Origin: an uncultured Candidatus Entotheonella sp.
GTDB lineage: Bacteria; Tectomicrobia; Entotheonellia; Entotheonellales; Entotheonellaceae
Direction of reading: 5' to 3'
Assembly: GCA_965217185.1 (NCBI GenBank)
Contig: OZ244252.1
Location: 384,001 to 448,000, forward strand
DNA length: 64,000 bases
The stretch's first letter is position 1, and each line of letters starts with the position of its first letter. Positions 18,150 to 28,744 of the stretch are shown one piece after another. The notes beneath the pieces were generated by a model. It was not told where the DNA came from, ran no database searches, and saw only the letters and a list, made by a program, of their open reading frames with translations. The translations under genes were made by a program, and so were the position numbers.

Positions 18150-19822
18150 ATGATACGCAGGATCATTGGATTCGTTTCGGACATCCTGGCCCGTGGCCGC
18201 GCAGCCCCACCAAGAAGTTATCCAATAATCTCTCGTCCAGCCGGTTTTCTCCCGGCCGCGGCCGCTCCAGATTGTGGGGATACGGCCGAGTTCTTTCAGG
18301 AGGCTATGGTCGCCGATGTTATCCCTAGTATAGAGGCAGGCGTGGATAGCAACGCCCAGGACGAGTACGACCAGACTCTGGACACGGCGGCGTTCAACGA
18401 GGATCCTGCCGTCATTGAGAGCCTGCTCGCCGCAGGCGCGGACCCCAATGCTCAGGATGAGTACGGCCGCACCCCTCTGCACAGGGCGGCGCAGTACACC
18501 AAGAACCCTGCTGTAATCAGGGTCCTACTCGACGCTGGCGCGAACCCGAGCGAGAAAGATGCCAGTGGTAAATTTCCTTGGGACTACGCCAGGGATCGGG
18601 ATGAACTCAAAGGCCACGAGGCATACCAGCGCCTGGACGATGGGCGGTTCTACCTGCACAGGATGGCGGCGTTCAAAGGGAATTCTGAGGTCATTGAAGC
18701 CCTGCTGGCTTCTGGCACGGACCCGAATTTCCGGGACAAGCGTGGCCGGACCCCCTTGCACAGAGCCGCGCGGCTCAACGAGAACGCTGCCGTCATCAAG
18801 ACCCTGCTTGTTGCTGGCGCGGATATCAACCCCGGGACGAGAATGGCGAGACTCCCCTGCACAGGGCAGCATGGCGTAACAAGAATCCTGCCGTCATCAA
18901 GGCATTGCTTGCCGCTGGCGCGGACCCCAACGCTCGGGACAAGAACGGCGAGACCCCCTTGCACAGAGCCGCATGGGTCAACGAGAATCCTGCCGTCATC
19001 TGGGCTCTGCTTGCCGCTGGCACGGACCCCAACGCTCGGGACAAGAACGGCGAGACTCCCCTGCACAGGGCCGCGTGTTTTAACGAGAACGCTGCCATCA
19101 TCTGGATACTGCTTGCCGGCGGCGCAGACCCTAGCGCCTGGAACAAGTACGGTTGGACCCCGCTGCACACGGCGACGATGATTAACAAGAATCTTGCCGT
19201 CATCGAGGCCCTGCTCGCCGCTGACGCGGACCCCAACGCCTGGAACAAGCGCGGCGAGACCCCCCTGCACATGGCTGTGAGGTCTAACAGGAACCCTGCC
19301 ATCATCGAAGTTCTGCTCGACGCTGGCGCCGACCCGAGCGCGAAAGATGCCGGCGGTAACTCCCCTTGGGATTACGCCAGGGGTCGGGATGAACTCAAAG
19401 GCCGCGAAGCATACTGGCGCCTGCACGATGGGCGGTTCTACCTGCACTGGACGGCGGGTTCCAACGAGAATCCTGTAGTCATTGAGTCCCTGCTGACAGC
19501 CGGCGCCGACCCCAATGAGCGGGATGAGTTCGGCAGTACCCCCCTACACAGGGCAGCGCGTTTCAACGGAAACCCTGTTGTCATCTGGGTTCTGCTCGCT
19601 GCTGGCGCGGACCCTAACGCCCGGACCAAGTACGGCTCGACCCCGCTGCACAGGGCGGCGCAGTACACCCAGAATTCTGCCGTCATCCAGGCTTTGCTCG
19701 ACGCCGGTGCTGACCCGATCGCGAAAGATGTCTTTGGTAAAATTCCCTGGGATTACGCTAGGGACCGGTACGAACTCCAAGATCACGATGTGTACCGGCG
19801 CCTGAACGGTTGGCGGTTCTAG
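18150..19822 (+). pseudogene. Ankyrin-repeat protein with a 1-nt frameshift near 18831 (or a sequencing error)
   Basis: Many GADPNARDKNGETPLH repeats; AAC-CC-CGG-GAC lacks one base relative to the N-A-R-D repeat. Confidence 0.85.
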
Positions 19823-19848
19823 ACCGGTGTTTCCAGAGAAAGAAAAAG

Positions 19849-20331
19849 ATGGCCACCATCAACACGATCGAAGACCTGATCCAGCTGCTGGACGACAATC
19901 CCCACTGGGTTGAGGCCCTGCGTGCCAGGTTGCTGACCCGCGAGTTGATTGAACTACCCGAAAAATTCGCTGCATTTGTCGAGGCTACCAATCAGCGCTT
20001 TGACAGGATCGAAGAGCGGTTGGGCGGGATGGAGGAGAGCTTGGACAGGGGCGATGCCCGCATGGACAGGGTAGAGGGGCGCTTGGACAGGCTTACGGAC
20101 GACGTGGGTATCCTCAAGGGCGCCCATGCCAGAAGTACCGCGCTGCGAGAAGCCGACATGATTGCCGAGGATATGGGGTTTACGCTGGTGCGCGTCCTGT
20201 CCCGCTTTACCGGCAGGCCGGCGCGGGCCGCAGTGGCGGGCGCACGGCTGGACGAGCGCATCCGCGACCGCCTCGAATCGGAAGGTGTGTTCTGGTACGA
20301 GTTGAGCCCGGAAAGCCTGGACGTCGAATAG
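19849..20331 (+). CDS. Coiled-coil hypothetical protein, possibly internally deleted
   Basis: Heptad repeats RFDRIEERLGGMEESLDRGDARMDRVEGRLDRL. Confidence 0.7.
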   Translation: MATINTIEDLIQLLDDNPHWVEALRARLLTRELIELPEKFAAFVEATNQRFDRIEERLGGMEESLDRGDARMDRVEGRLDRLTDDVGILKGAHARSTALREADMIAEDMGFTLVRVLSRFTGRPARAAVAGARLDERIRDRLESEGVFWYELSPESLDVE

Positions 20332-20415
20332 CCGTCATCGTTCAAAGGGTTGGAGCGTCCCAAAGCCGCGCAACTCACGTATTCAGAATTTCCTGAGAAC
20401 GCCAAGGAAGCGATT

Positions 20416-21315
20416 TTGCTGGATCATCGGGTGTTGCAAAGCCTATTGGACGCGCATCGTGAAGCCGTCAGCCAGCCGGTTCGGACCTTTGACATCGGCG
20501 GGCGCTCGTTCGACTTCAACCGGTACCGCTATCTGGTAGGGGTGATCAACCTGTCCACCGATTCGTGGTACCGGGAGAGTGTCTGTCCGACCACTGAGGA
20601 AGCCATTGCCCGTGCCGAGCGGTTGCATCAGGATGGCGCGGACATCATCGACGTGGGGGCCGAATCGACCTTGCCAGAGGCGCGGCAGGCCGACGTCGCG
20701 CAGCAACTCGACCGTCTGCTGCCGGTGGTAAAGGCGCTGAAAGCCCGCCGGCTGCTGGTGTCGGTGGAAAGCTATTACCCGGAGGTTCTGGAAGCCTGCG
20801 CCCGCGCCGGGGCCGATATTTTCAACATCACCGGCACCCGCTACGGCGACGACATCTTGCGGCTGGCCGCCGACTACGATACGGCGGTCATCCTGTGCTA
20901 TGTCCAGGGCGACACCGTACGCGACGTGTCGGACTTTCGGTTTCACGACGACATGACGGCCGAAGTCGGCGACTACTTCCGCGCCCTCACCGCCCACGCC
21001 GTCGGCCTCGGCGTCAACAAGTGCTTCATCGATCCGGGGCTGGGCTTCTACTACCGCAACCTGCAGGACAGCCACCTGCGCATCAACTACCAGCTCAACA
21101 CCTTTCTGAACTGCTTCCGCCTGCACACCTTGGGCTACCCGACGTTCAACATCCTGCCGCACGCCCCCGAAATTTTCCTGGAGGACGAGCGCCGCTCCGC
21201 CGAGCCGTTTTTCAGCGTGCTGGCCCTGTTGGGCGGCACCCACGTGATTCGCTCGCACGAAATCCGCACGGTGCATCGGGTTCGTCAGGTGATGGCGTTG
21301 TATCAGCCTGCCTGA
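20416..21315 (+). CDS. Dihydropteroate synthase-like pterin-binding protein
   Basis: GVINLSTDS, GADIIDVGAEST, IDPGLGF and IRSHE motifs; TTG start inferred. Confidence 0.75.
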   Translation: MLDHRVLQSLLDAHREAVSQPVRTFDIGGRSFDFNRYRYLVGVINLSTDSWYRESVCPTTEEAIARAERLHQDGADIIDVGAESTLPEARQADVAQQLDRLLPVVKALKARRLLVSVESYYPEVLEACARAGADIFNITGTRYGDDILRLAADYDTAVILCYVQGDTVRDVSDFRFHDDMTAEVGDYFRALTAHAVGLGVNKCFIDPGLGFYYRNLQDSHLRINYQLNTFLNCFRLHTLGYPTFNILPHAPEIFLEDERRSAEPFFSVLALLGGTHVIRSHEIRTVHRVRQVMALYQPA

Positions 21316-21341
21316 GCCTCGTCAGTTTGACGCGATGGAAT

Positions 21342-21371
21342 GTCGGATTCCGCTCCGCTAATCCGACCTAC
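21342..21371 (-). repeat. GTAG-type REP palindrome, copy 1
   Basis: GTAGGTCGGATT-AGCGGAGCGG-AATCCGAC on the minus strand. Confidence 0.8.
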
Positions 21372-21374
21372 ATT

Positions 21375-23474
21375 CTATGCTGCTAAGCCAGCGTGCCGGA
21401 GCAGGGCGGCGGTTGTCGGCTCCCGGCCTCGGAACGCCTGGAATATCTCCATCGGTGGGCGGCTGCCGCCCAGCGCCAGGACCGTTTCGCGATACCGACG
21501 GCCAACAGCCGCCACAGTGCGCGGATCGTCCAGACCCGCTTCTTCAAACGCCGCAAAGGCGTCGGCGCTCAAGACCTCGGCCCACTTGTAGCTGTAGTAA
21601 CCGGCCGCGTAGCCGCCGGCGAAGATGTGACCGAAGCTGCACAGGAAACGGTCTTCGGGAAGGGGTGGCAGCACGCTGGTCAGCGGCGCGAGCCGACGTT
21701 GCAGGTCAAAGACGCTTTCCGTGCCGTGCGGGTCGTGGCGATGGTGCAGGGCCAGGTCGATGAGGCCGAAGGAAAGCTGCCGCAGCATGAGGCTGCCGGC
21801 GCGGTAGTGCCGGGCGGCGCAGAGCTTATCGTACAGGTCATCCGGCAGTGGCTCGCCAGTTTCCACGTGGGCGCTCATGCCGAGCAGTGTTTCGCGGTGG
21901 TAGCACCAGTTCTCCATGAACTGGCTTGGCAACTCCACGGCGTCCCAATCCACGTTATTGATGCCCGCTGCCATGCCGTAGTCGATGGCGGTGAGCATGT
22001 GATGCAGGCCGTGTCCGAACTCGTGGAACAGGGTTCGCAGTTCAGTGAACGACATCAGCGAGGGCTGGTCGCCCACGGGCGGCGTCTGGTTGCAGATGAG
22101 GTAGGCCACCGGCAGGCGGACGGACTGCCCCGCCGGCGCCAGGAGGCGGCTGCGGCCCACGCACTCGTCCATCCAGGCGCCGCCGCGTTTTTCGGCGGGG
22201 CGGCTGTAGGGGTCGAGATAGAACGCGGCGATTTCCTGGTCGTGGTCGTCGTAGATGCGGAAGAACCGCACGTCCTCATGCCAAACCGGCGCGTCGCCGT
22301 CCGCCGCCTCGATGCGCACCCCGAACAGGCGCCGGGCGAGGGTGAACAGGCCGTCCAGCACGCACGGCAGGGGAAAATAGGGTCGCAGAACTTCTTCGCT
22401 GAAGTCGTACTCTTGCTCACGCCGGCGCTCGGCCCAGAACGGCAGATCCCAGTGCCGCAGGTCCGCTGCTTCAGGGGCTCCGGCCGCCGCGGCACATTGC
22501 CGCTGATCTTCCAGGTCCTTTTGTGCCGCGGACAGGGAGGCCTGCCGCAGTTCTTCCAGGAAGGTCTCAACCGTCGGCACGTCCGGGGCCATTTTGCTGG
22601 CCAGGCTGAGCTCGGCGAAACTGCCGTACCCCAGCAGGGCGGCCATTTCCTGCCGCAACTGCAGGATGCGGGCGATGAGCGGAGCGTTGTCCAGGTCGCC
22701 ACTGCTGGCGCGGGTGATTGAGGCGCGGTAAAGCTGCTCCCGCAAGTCGCGCCGCCGGCTGTGCGCTATGAAGGGCATGAAGGACGGGTAGTCCAGGGTG
22801 ATGCGCCAGGGGCCGCTCTCCGCCGTGGCGCCCGGCGTTCCCGCCTCGCGGGCGGCTTGGGCCGCGACGTGCAAGAGACTGGTCGGCAGCCCTTCCACGT
22901 CTTGCGGGTCCTCCAAGGTCAGCGCGAAGGCTTTGGTGGCGTCCAGAACGTGGTTGCTGAACTGGGTGCTGAGTTCGGCCAGTTCTTGCTGGATGGCGTT
23001 GAAGCGTTCCTTTTTTTCACCCTGCAGCCCGACGCCGGACAGTTCGGCGTCGCGCAGGAGCACCTCGACGATGCGCTGCTGGGTCGCATCGCAATCTCCC
23101 CAGGCAGCACCGTTCCGCAACCCCTGTAACGCTTGGTAAATGGTTTGGCTCTGCCCCAGCCGCATGAAGAACTGCACGATTTCGGGCTGTATTTCCTCGT
23201 AGGCGCGGCGCAGTTCCTCGCTGTTCTTGACGCCCATCAGGTGCCCCACAACGCCCCAAGTCACCCGCAGACGGTCCCCGAGGCGTTCGAGCGGCTCGAC
23301 CAATCCCGTCCACGTGGGTTGCGCGTGTGCCTCCAGGTTCTGCAATTCGACGTCGAGTTCATTCAGGATCTGTCGCATGGCCGGCGCCACGTGCTCGGCG
23401 CGAATGCAGTCGAAGGCAGGGAAAACGCTGCTTTCCAGGAGTGGGTTTGTGGCCGTGGGTTGGGTTTCATTCAT
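21375..23474 (-). CDS. prlC: Oligopeptidase A (M3 family)
   Basis: FHEFGHGLHH, DAVELPSQFMENW and GYAAGYYSYKWAEVL motifs. Confidence 0.95.
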   Translation of the reverse strand: MNETQPTATNPLLESSVFPAFDCIRAEHVAPAMRQILNELDVELQNLEAHAQPTWTGLVEPLERLGDRLRVTWGVVGHLMGVKNSEELRRAYEEIQPEIVQFFMRLGQSQTIYQALQGLRNGAAWGDCDATQQRIVEVLLRDAELSGVGLQGEKKERFNAIQQELAELSTQFSNHVLDATKAFALTLEDPQDVEGLPTSLLHVAAQAAREAGTPGATAESGPWRITLDYPSFMPFIAHSRRRDLREQLYRASITRASSGDLDNAPLIARILQLRQEMAALLGYGSFAELSLASKMAPDVPTVETFLEELRQASLSAAQKDLEDQRQCAAAAGAPEAADLRHWDLPFWAERRREQEYDFSEEVLRPYFPLPCVLDGLFTLARRLFGVRIEAADGDAPVWHEDVRFFRIYDDHDQEIAAFYLDPYSRPAEKRGGAWMDECVGRSRLLAPAGQSVRLPVAYLICNQTPPVGDQPSLMSFTELRTLFHEFGHGLHHMLTAIDYGMAAGINNVDWDAVELPSQFMENWCYHRETLLGMSAHVETGEPLPDDLYDKLCAARHYRAGSLMLRQLSFGLIDLALHHRHDPHGTESVFDLQRRLAPLTSVLPPLPEDRFLCSFGHIFAGGYAAGYYSYKWAEVLSADAFAAFEEAGLDDPRTVAAVGRRYRETVLALGGSRPPMEIFQAFRGREPTTAALLRHAGLAA

Positions 23475-23511
23475 GTATGAGATTCCTTCATTCGGGTATC
23501 GTGAGGGCTTG

Positions 23512-25095
23512 TCAACTCGCGGGAGAACTCGCCTTGCCCATCCACAGGGCAGGGACGATGCCCAGGGCGGTGATGGTGCCGATGAGCAGAAAGGTGTCGT
23601 GATAGCTGTGTAATGCAGCCTCTGCGCCAACCAGATCATGCAGCACGGCCAGAGACTTCATTTGCGCCGTTTGGTTCAGGTCGCCGAGGTGCTCGAAGGT
23701 GGTTGTCAGGAAGCCCAATAGATTATCGGTGCCGAGCGGTGACAGCATATGATCCTGCGCCAGCAGGGTAGTGCGCTCCGCCACCCGGTTTTGAAATACC
23801 GTGGCCGCCAGCGCCACACTGCCGGTGCTGGCGATGCCGCGATTCAGGCTCAGCAAGCCGGAACCCATTCGCACCTCGGATTCGTTCAGGGCCGACAACG
23901 ACACCGCGGACAGCGGCGCGATGGTAAAGGCCCGCGCAAAGCCCCGCGCCGTCAGCCACAAGGTGATGGTGCCGACGCTGGTCCAGGTCGTGATGGAGGC
24001 ATACTGAACCAGGCAGAAAGCTACTGCGCCGAGGCCGAAAATGATCAGGAATTTCCCCGGTAAAAGGTCGGCAAGACGCCCGGCGCCGACGCTCAGGACA
24101 CCGATGACCACGGCGGACGGCATCATCATCCAGGCCGTTTGCAAAGGCGTGTAATCCAAGTGGATTTGCAGGAACAAGATAACAATAAAGTTGGCGGCCA
24201 TAAAGCTGATGGTGTTGATGAAAACCACAATCGACGCCAAGGAGAAGGCCAGGCTTTTGTAGAGTCGCAGCTCCACGAACGGCTGCTCGTGGAGTATTTC
24301 GGCAATGACGAAACTGGCTCCGGCGATCAACGCTATGCCGAACAGTGTCAAGATGTACTGCGAATCCCAGCCCTCCTCGCTTCCCTGGCTGACGGCTACC
24401 AGTAGCGACACCAGAAAAGCCGCCAGCGTCAGCATGCCCGGAACGTCCAGGGGCCTGACGCTCTGCCGCGGTGCCGCAGGCAGGATGAGATACGCCAGGA
24501 TCAGCCCGACGATGCCCACCGGTACGTTGATGTAGAACACCGCCCGCCAACTGGCGTGCTCGATCAGGTAGCCGCCGAGTACCGGGCCCATCATCGGACC
24601 CAGCGAGAAGCCCAATGAGCTGACGCCCATCGCCAAGCCGCGTTTTTCTTCGGGAAAGGTCTCGAACAGGATGACCTGCGAGGTGGGAAAAAGCAGCCCG
24701 CCGCCCACCGCCTGCACAAGCCGAAACGCAATCAGCGACGATACGTCCCACGCCAGGCCGCTGAGCGCCGAGCCGGTAACGAAAATGCCGAGGGCCAGTA
24801 GATACACCCTGCGGTTGCCCAGCCGCGACCCGATCCAGCCGACGCTCGGCATGATTACCGCCTGCATGATCATGTAGCCGGTTTGCACCCATTGCATCAC
24901 GTCGAGATCGACCCGCAGGCTCGTCATGATTTCTGGGAAGGCGATGTTCACGACCGTCACACTCAGGCCGACGGTGGTAAAGCCCAACATCAGCGCGGCG
25001 GTGATCCACCAATGGTAATGGGGACTGCCTGACCCCAACGCCGGGCGCAGAAGGGAAGGCTGATCGGAATATGCGTAGGAAGGAGTTACAGCCAT
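23512..25095 (-). CDS. DHA2-family MFS efflux transporter
   Basis: About 14 TM segments; FRLVQAVGGG, GPVLGGYL and WRAVFYINVPVG motifs. Confidence 0.9.
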   Translation of the reverse strand: MAVTPSYAYSDQPSLLRPALGSGSPHYHWWITAALMLGFTTVGLSVTVVNIAFPEIMTSLRVDLDVMQWVQTGYMIMQAVIMPSVGWIGSRLGNRRVYLLALGIFVTGSALSGLAWDVSSLIAFRLVQAVGGGLLFPTSQVILFETFPEEKRGLAMGVSSLGFSLGPMMGPVLGGYLIEHASWRAVFYINVPVGIVGLILAYLILPAAPRQSVRPLDVPGMLTLAAFLVSLLVAVSQGSEEGWDSQYILTLFGIALIAGASFVIAEILHEQPFVELRLYKSLAFSLASIVVFINTISFMAANFIVILFLQIHLDYTPLQTAWMMMPSAVVIGVLSVGAGRLADLLPGKFLIIFGLGAVAFCLVQYASITTWTSVGTITLWLTARGFARAFTIAPLSAVSLSALNESEVRMGSGLLSLNRGIASTGSVALAATVFQNRVAERTTLLAQDHMLSPLGTDNLLGFLTTTFEHLGDLNQTAQMKSLAVLHDLVGAEAALHSYHDTFLLIGTITALGIVPALWMGKASSPAS

Positions 25096-25264
25096 GAATA
25101 TGTTGCGGAGCGCCTTTTTGCGCTCCCGTCTCCTCCAGTTGGACCTGCCCCGCAATCGAAGCGGTAGACATCTGATCTCGCTCGTGCGCCGAGGGCGTTA
25201 CCCCCGTTGGTAGGGTATAACATCTTCGGCGCTGATACGTCCTGGTAAAACGTAAGGAGCGGGG

Positions 25265-26003
25265 ATGCATTCCAACTGGTTCGTTCGTGGCGACGTTGAC
25301 GGCTTCTTCGGCCTATTTTCTGAGCGGTGTGATTGAAAACGGCTGGCGCTTTTGTCGTCGATTATCTCAGACGTTATAGGTCGAGAGTAGCCTTGCTGGC
25401 GGCACTGGCCGGTATCGGGCTGACCTTCATTTCGATGGGTTTTGTGTTCCAGATCTTCGCTTCGCCGCTGACGGCTCTCCTGCCGGCCATCATGGTCTTG
25501 GCCCTTTATGCAGGCCGTCAGCATTTGCCTTGGGGTTTGCCCGCCGGGTTGGCGGCGGTGCTGATCGGGATAGTTCCGGCTGTAGGTTGCCGCGAATTTT
25601 TGGCTGGCCCGTATTCGACGCGCAGCCGGCGTCGTATTCCCTGGGTCTGCACCTACCGGGATTGGTCCTTGCAGATCTGTTGACGGCTTTGAATCGGGTG
25701 GAAGGGTGGTCTTATCTGGCGGTGATTGTGCCGCTGAGCCTCTTTAATGTGCTGGGATCGCTGTAAAACCTGGAGAGCGCCGAGGCTGCCGGGTGGCTGG
25801 CAGCGACCGAGGTGCTGTCGCTGATTGGGCTGATTCACGGGTATGAGTTAACGCCGCAGGGGGTCCGGAACGTGTTCGGGCTGGCTGCGGCGCCAGGGTT
25901 TGCGGTGATGTACGCTCTGGGCGCCGTGTTTCTGGTCAGGTTGCATGAATTGGGGAAGGACAGGATGAGCCGCGAATCACTCAACCGTGACGGATTTCGC
26001 TAA
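25265..26003 (+). pseudogene. Degraded NCS2-like permease
   Basis: WFVRGDVDGFFGLF start, then hydrophobic fragments in several frames with stops (e.g. LFNVLGSL-TAA-NLESAEAAG). Confidence 0.7.
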
Positions 26004-27806
26004 ATTGCGCGGCTGGTCGATTTCGCACCCGCGTTCCAGCGCGCAATAGTACGCGAAGAGTTGCAGGGCGACGACCGCCGGGATGGGCTGCAGGAAGTCA
26101 AGGGTGGCGGGGGTGTAGATCACGTCGTCGGCGATATCGCTGATTTCATCGTTGCCTTCGGTGGCGATGGCGATAATCCTGCCGTTGCGGCTCTTGATTT
26201 CCTGCATGTTGGAGACGGTTTTCTCGTAGGTGGTGTCTCGGGTAGCGAGGCAGACGGTGGGGAAATTCTCGTCGATCATGGCGATAATGCCGTGTTTCAT
26301 CTCGCCGGCGGCGCAGCCTTCGGCGTGGATGTACGAAATTTCCTTGAGCTTCAAGGCGCCCTCCAGGGCCATGGGGTAGTTGTACTTGCGGCCGATGAAC
26401 AGAAAATTGTCGGCGTGCGTGTACTTTGCCGCGATGGCGTGAATGTGGTTGGCTTCCTTTAGAACCCTGTTAATGTCGTCGGGCAGGTGCAGGAGGCCGT
26501 TGACGACCTCCATGCCGTCCGTCACCGACAAGTGATTGAAGCGCCCGTGCAGCAGCGCCATCATGGCCAGGATGCAGCACTGGCTGGTAAAAATCTTGGT
26601 CGAGGCCACGCCGATTTCCGGGCCGCCGTGGTTGTACACGCCCGCCTTGGTCATCCGGCTGATGGTCGATCCCACCACGTTGACCAGCCCCAGCAACAAG
26701 GCCCCCTTGCGTTCCGCCTCCCGCATCGCCGCCACGGTGTCGGCCGTTTCACCGGACTGGCTGATGGCCAGCACCACGGTGCCGGGGCGGATGTTGGTCT
26801 TGCGGTAGCGCATTTCGCTGGCGATCTCCACCTCCACCGTGAGGTCGGTGAGCTTTTCGAAGACGTAGCGGGCGTACAGGCCGGCGTAGTAGCTGGTGCC
26901 GCAGGAGATGATCACCAGGTGCTGCGCTGCCTTCATCCCTTCTTCCAGCACGTCGTCCAAGCCGCCGAAGTGCGCCATGCCCTCGCTTTCCACCAGCCGT
27001 CCGCGGATAGCGTTGGTAATGGTTTCGGGTTGCTCGAATATCTCCTTGAGCATGTAGTGCGGAAAGCCCTCCAGGTCGGCGGCATCATCCTGCCACTCGA
27101 TCTGCTCGGCGTCGCGCTGCACCTGCTCTCCGGCCAAGGTGTCGATGGTGAAGCCCTTGGTGGTGACGCTGATGATGTCATCGTCTTCGAGGTAAACGAC
27201 CCTGTCCGTCAGCCGTAGAAAGGCCGATACGTCGCTGGCCAGCAACATTTCGCCGTCCCCGACCCCAAGCACCATGGGCGAGCCGCGCCGTGCCGCTACC
27301 AATTGATCCGGATGGCGAGAGTGCATCACCACCAGGCCGTAAGTGCCGGTCACCTGTCCCAGGGCCTGTTTGACGGCTTGAACGAGATCGCCCTTGTAAG
27401 CGTCGTCGATAAGGTGCGCCATGACTTCCGTATCGGTTTCGGAGGTAAAGCGGTAGCCGCGGCTGGTGAGTTGCGAGCACAGGCTCTGGTAGTTCTCGAT
27501 GATGCCGTTGTGAACGAGCATGATCGTTTCGTCGCCGTTGGCGTGCGGATGGGCGTTGGCTTCCGACGGCTTACCGTGCGTAGCCCAGCGGGTGTGGCCG
27601 ATGCCGATGGTTCCCTCGAATTGATGCTGCGCGATTTTGGCTGCCAGTTTTTCCACCTTGCCCGGCATGCGAACGCGGCACACCTCATCGTTCTCGATCA
27701 CGGCGATGCCGGCCGAGTCGTAACCGCGGTATTCGAGCCGCCGCAATCCCTCGATGAGAATTGGCGTGGCGGGCTTGTTGCCAATGTAGCCGATGATGCC
27801 GCACAT
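25977..27806 (-). CDS. glmS: Glutamine-fructose-6-phosphate transaminase
   Basis: MCGIIG, GHTRWATHG, SQSGETAD and PRNLAKSVTVE motifs. Confidence 0.98.
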   Translation of the reverse strand: MCGIIGYIGNKPATPILIEGLRRLEYRGYDSAGIAVIENDEVCRVRMPGKVEKLAAKIAQHQFEGTIGIGHTRWATHGKPSEANAHPHANGDETIMLVHNGIIENYQSLCSQLTSRGYRFTSETDTEVMAHLIDDAYKGDLVQAVKQALGQVTGTYGLVVMHSRHPDQLVAARRGSPMVLGVGDGEMLLASDVSAFLRLTDRVVYLEDDDIISVTTKGFTIDTLAGEQVQRDAEQIEWQDDAADLEGFPHYMLKEIFEQPETITNAIRGRLVESEGMAHFGGLDDVLEEGMKAAQHLVIISCGTSYYAGLYARYVFEKLTDLTVEVEIASEMRYRKTNIRPGTVVLAISQSGETADTVAAMREAERKGALLLGLVNVVGSTISRMTKAGVYNHGGPEIGVASTKIFTSQCCILAMMALLHGRFNHLSVTDGMEVVNGLLHLPDDINRVLKEANHIHAIAAKYTHADNFLFIGRKYNYPMALEGALKLKEISYIHAEGCAAGEMKHGIIAMIDENFPTVCLATRDTTYEKTVSNMQEIKSRNGRIIAIATEGNDEISDIADDVIYTPATLDFLQPIPAVVALQLFAYYCALERGCEIDQPRNLAKSVTVE

Positions 27807-27938
27807 AACGTATCTCCATAAAGAATGCGAGGGTATTGTCGATGGCTCAGTGGAGTCTGGGGAGCACTAGGATACAACAAAAGAATTGCCGCATCGACGA
27901 CGCCATTTTCGCCAGGCAACGGGCGGTCTGGACCGCCC

Positions 27939-28547
27939 TTACGGAGCCTGCCAAAGGATGGATTCGTCCTCATCGAAAAACAGCACCGTGGGGGCGGAGC
28001 GTTCGACGAGCTCGCCGCTAGGCTTGACCTTCAGCTCTGTTGAGCCCATCAAGATGCGATCCTTGCCGTTCTGGTCGGCGAAGCGCAGAAAGGGGGCACC
28101 GTTGGGCCACGTGGCTAGGACGGCGCGGTTCTTCCAGTTAGCGTCCAGGAATCGTAGTGAAGCACCGCCGGTGCCGCTGGCGCTCAGCAGGGCGCCGCTG
28201 CGGCCCGCCTGGCTGAATAGGTTGAGCGAAGACGAGCCATCGTCATCCACGCTCAGCAGGATGCGGCTGCGCCGGCCGTCGTCGTAGAAGCCCAGTCCCA
28301 AGACGCCGTGCGGCAACCGGCCAAGCCTGGCGAGCGTCGTGCCTTGTTCGTCAACGAGCAAGAAGGCCCTGGCTCGCAATTCGTCAGCGACCGGCGGTCT
28401 CGTCGTCCCTTTAGCACCCATGAGCATCCCGACGCCCAGAAGCACCAGCGCCGTCGTCGCCAGCAGTTTCCAGCGCCGGTTGGAGCGCTCCAGGCGCGCC
28501 AAGCGCTCGGCAATGGCATCGACCTGCAATTCACGTCTATGTTTCAT
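27939..28547 (-). CDS. Hypothetical membrane-anchored protein
   Basis: Coiled-coil RLARLERSNRRWK, a TM helix, then repeated L-x-F-x-D-x-x-G beta units. Confidence 0.7.
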   Translation of the reverse strand: MKHRRELQVDAIAERLARLERSNRRWKLLATTALVLLGVGMLMGAKGTTRPPVADELRARAFLLVDEQGTTLARLGRLPHGVLGLGFYDDGRRSRILLSVDDDGSSSLNLFSQAGRSGALLSASGTGGASLRFLDANWKNRAVLATWPNGAPFLRFADQNGKDRILMGSTELKVKPSGELVERSAPTVLFFDEDESILWQAP

Positions 28548-28692
28548 CTGGCATCATCCCCGGTTTTAGCCACATCACTTTCCGCAAAATTATTGTATCG
28601 CACGGGTAAGGAGCACGGCATGGCGCAGCGATAGTTGCATCCTTCTCGATAACTGGGTTATAACCTTGTAGTGTATTTGTGAACATCGAGGT

Positions 28693-28708
28693 TGGCACGA
28701 GGTTGGCA
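28693..28708 (+). promoter_or_regulatory. Sigma-54 (-24/-12) promoter candidate
   Basis: TGGCACGAGGTTGGCA fits GG-N10-GC, 36 nt upstream of the ATG at 28745. Confidence 0.55.
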
Positions 28709-28744
28709 CCCGGAAACTGTTGAAACTGAATTGGAGGGGCTTAC

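Noticed and set aside
27807..27940. glmS ribozyme upstream of glmS
   Set aside because: I could not find the conserved AGCGCC..GACGAGG core; only a short GGGCGGTC/GACCGCCC hairpin is present.
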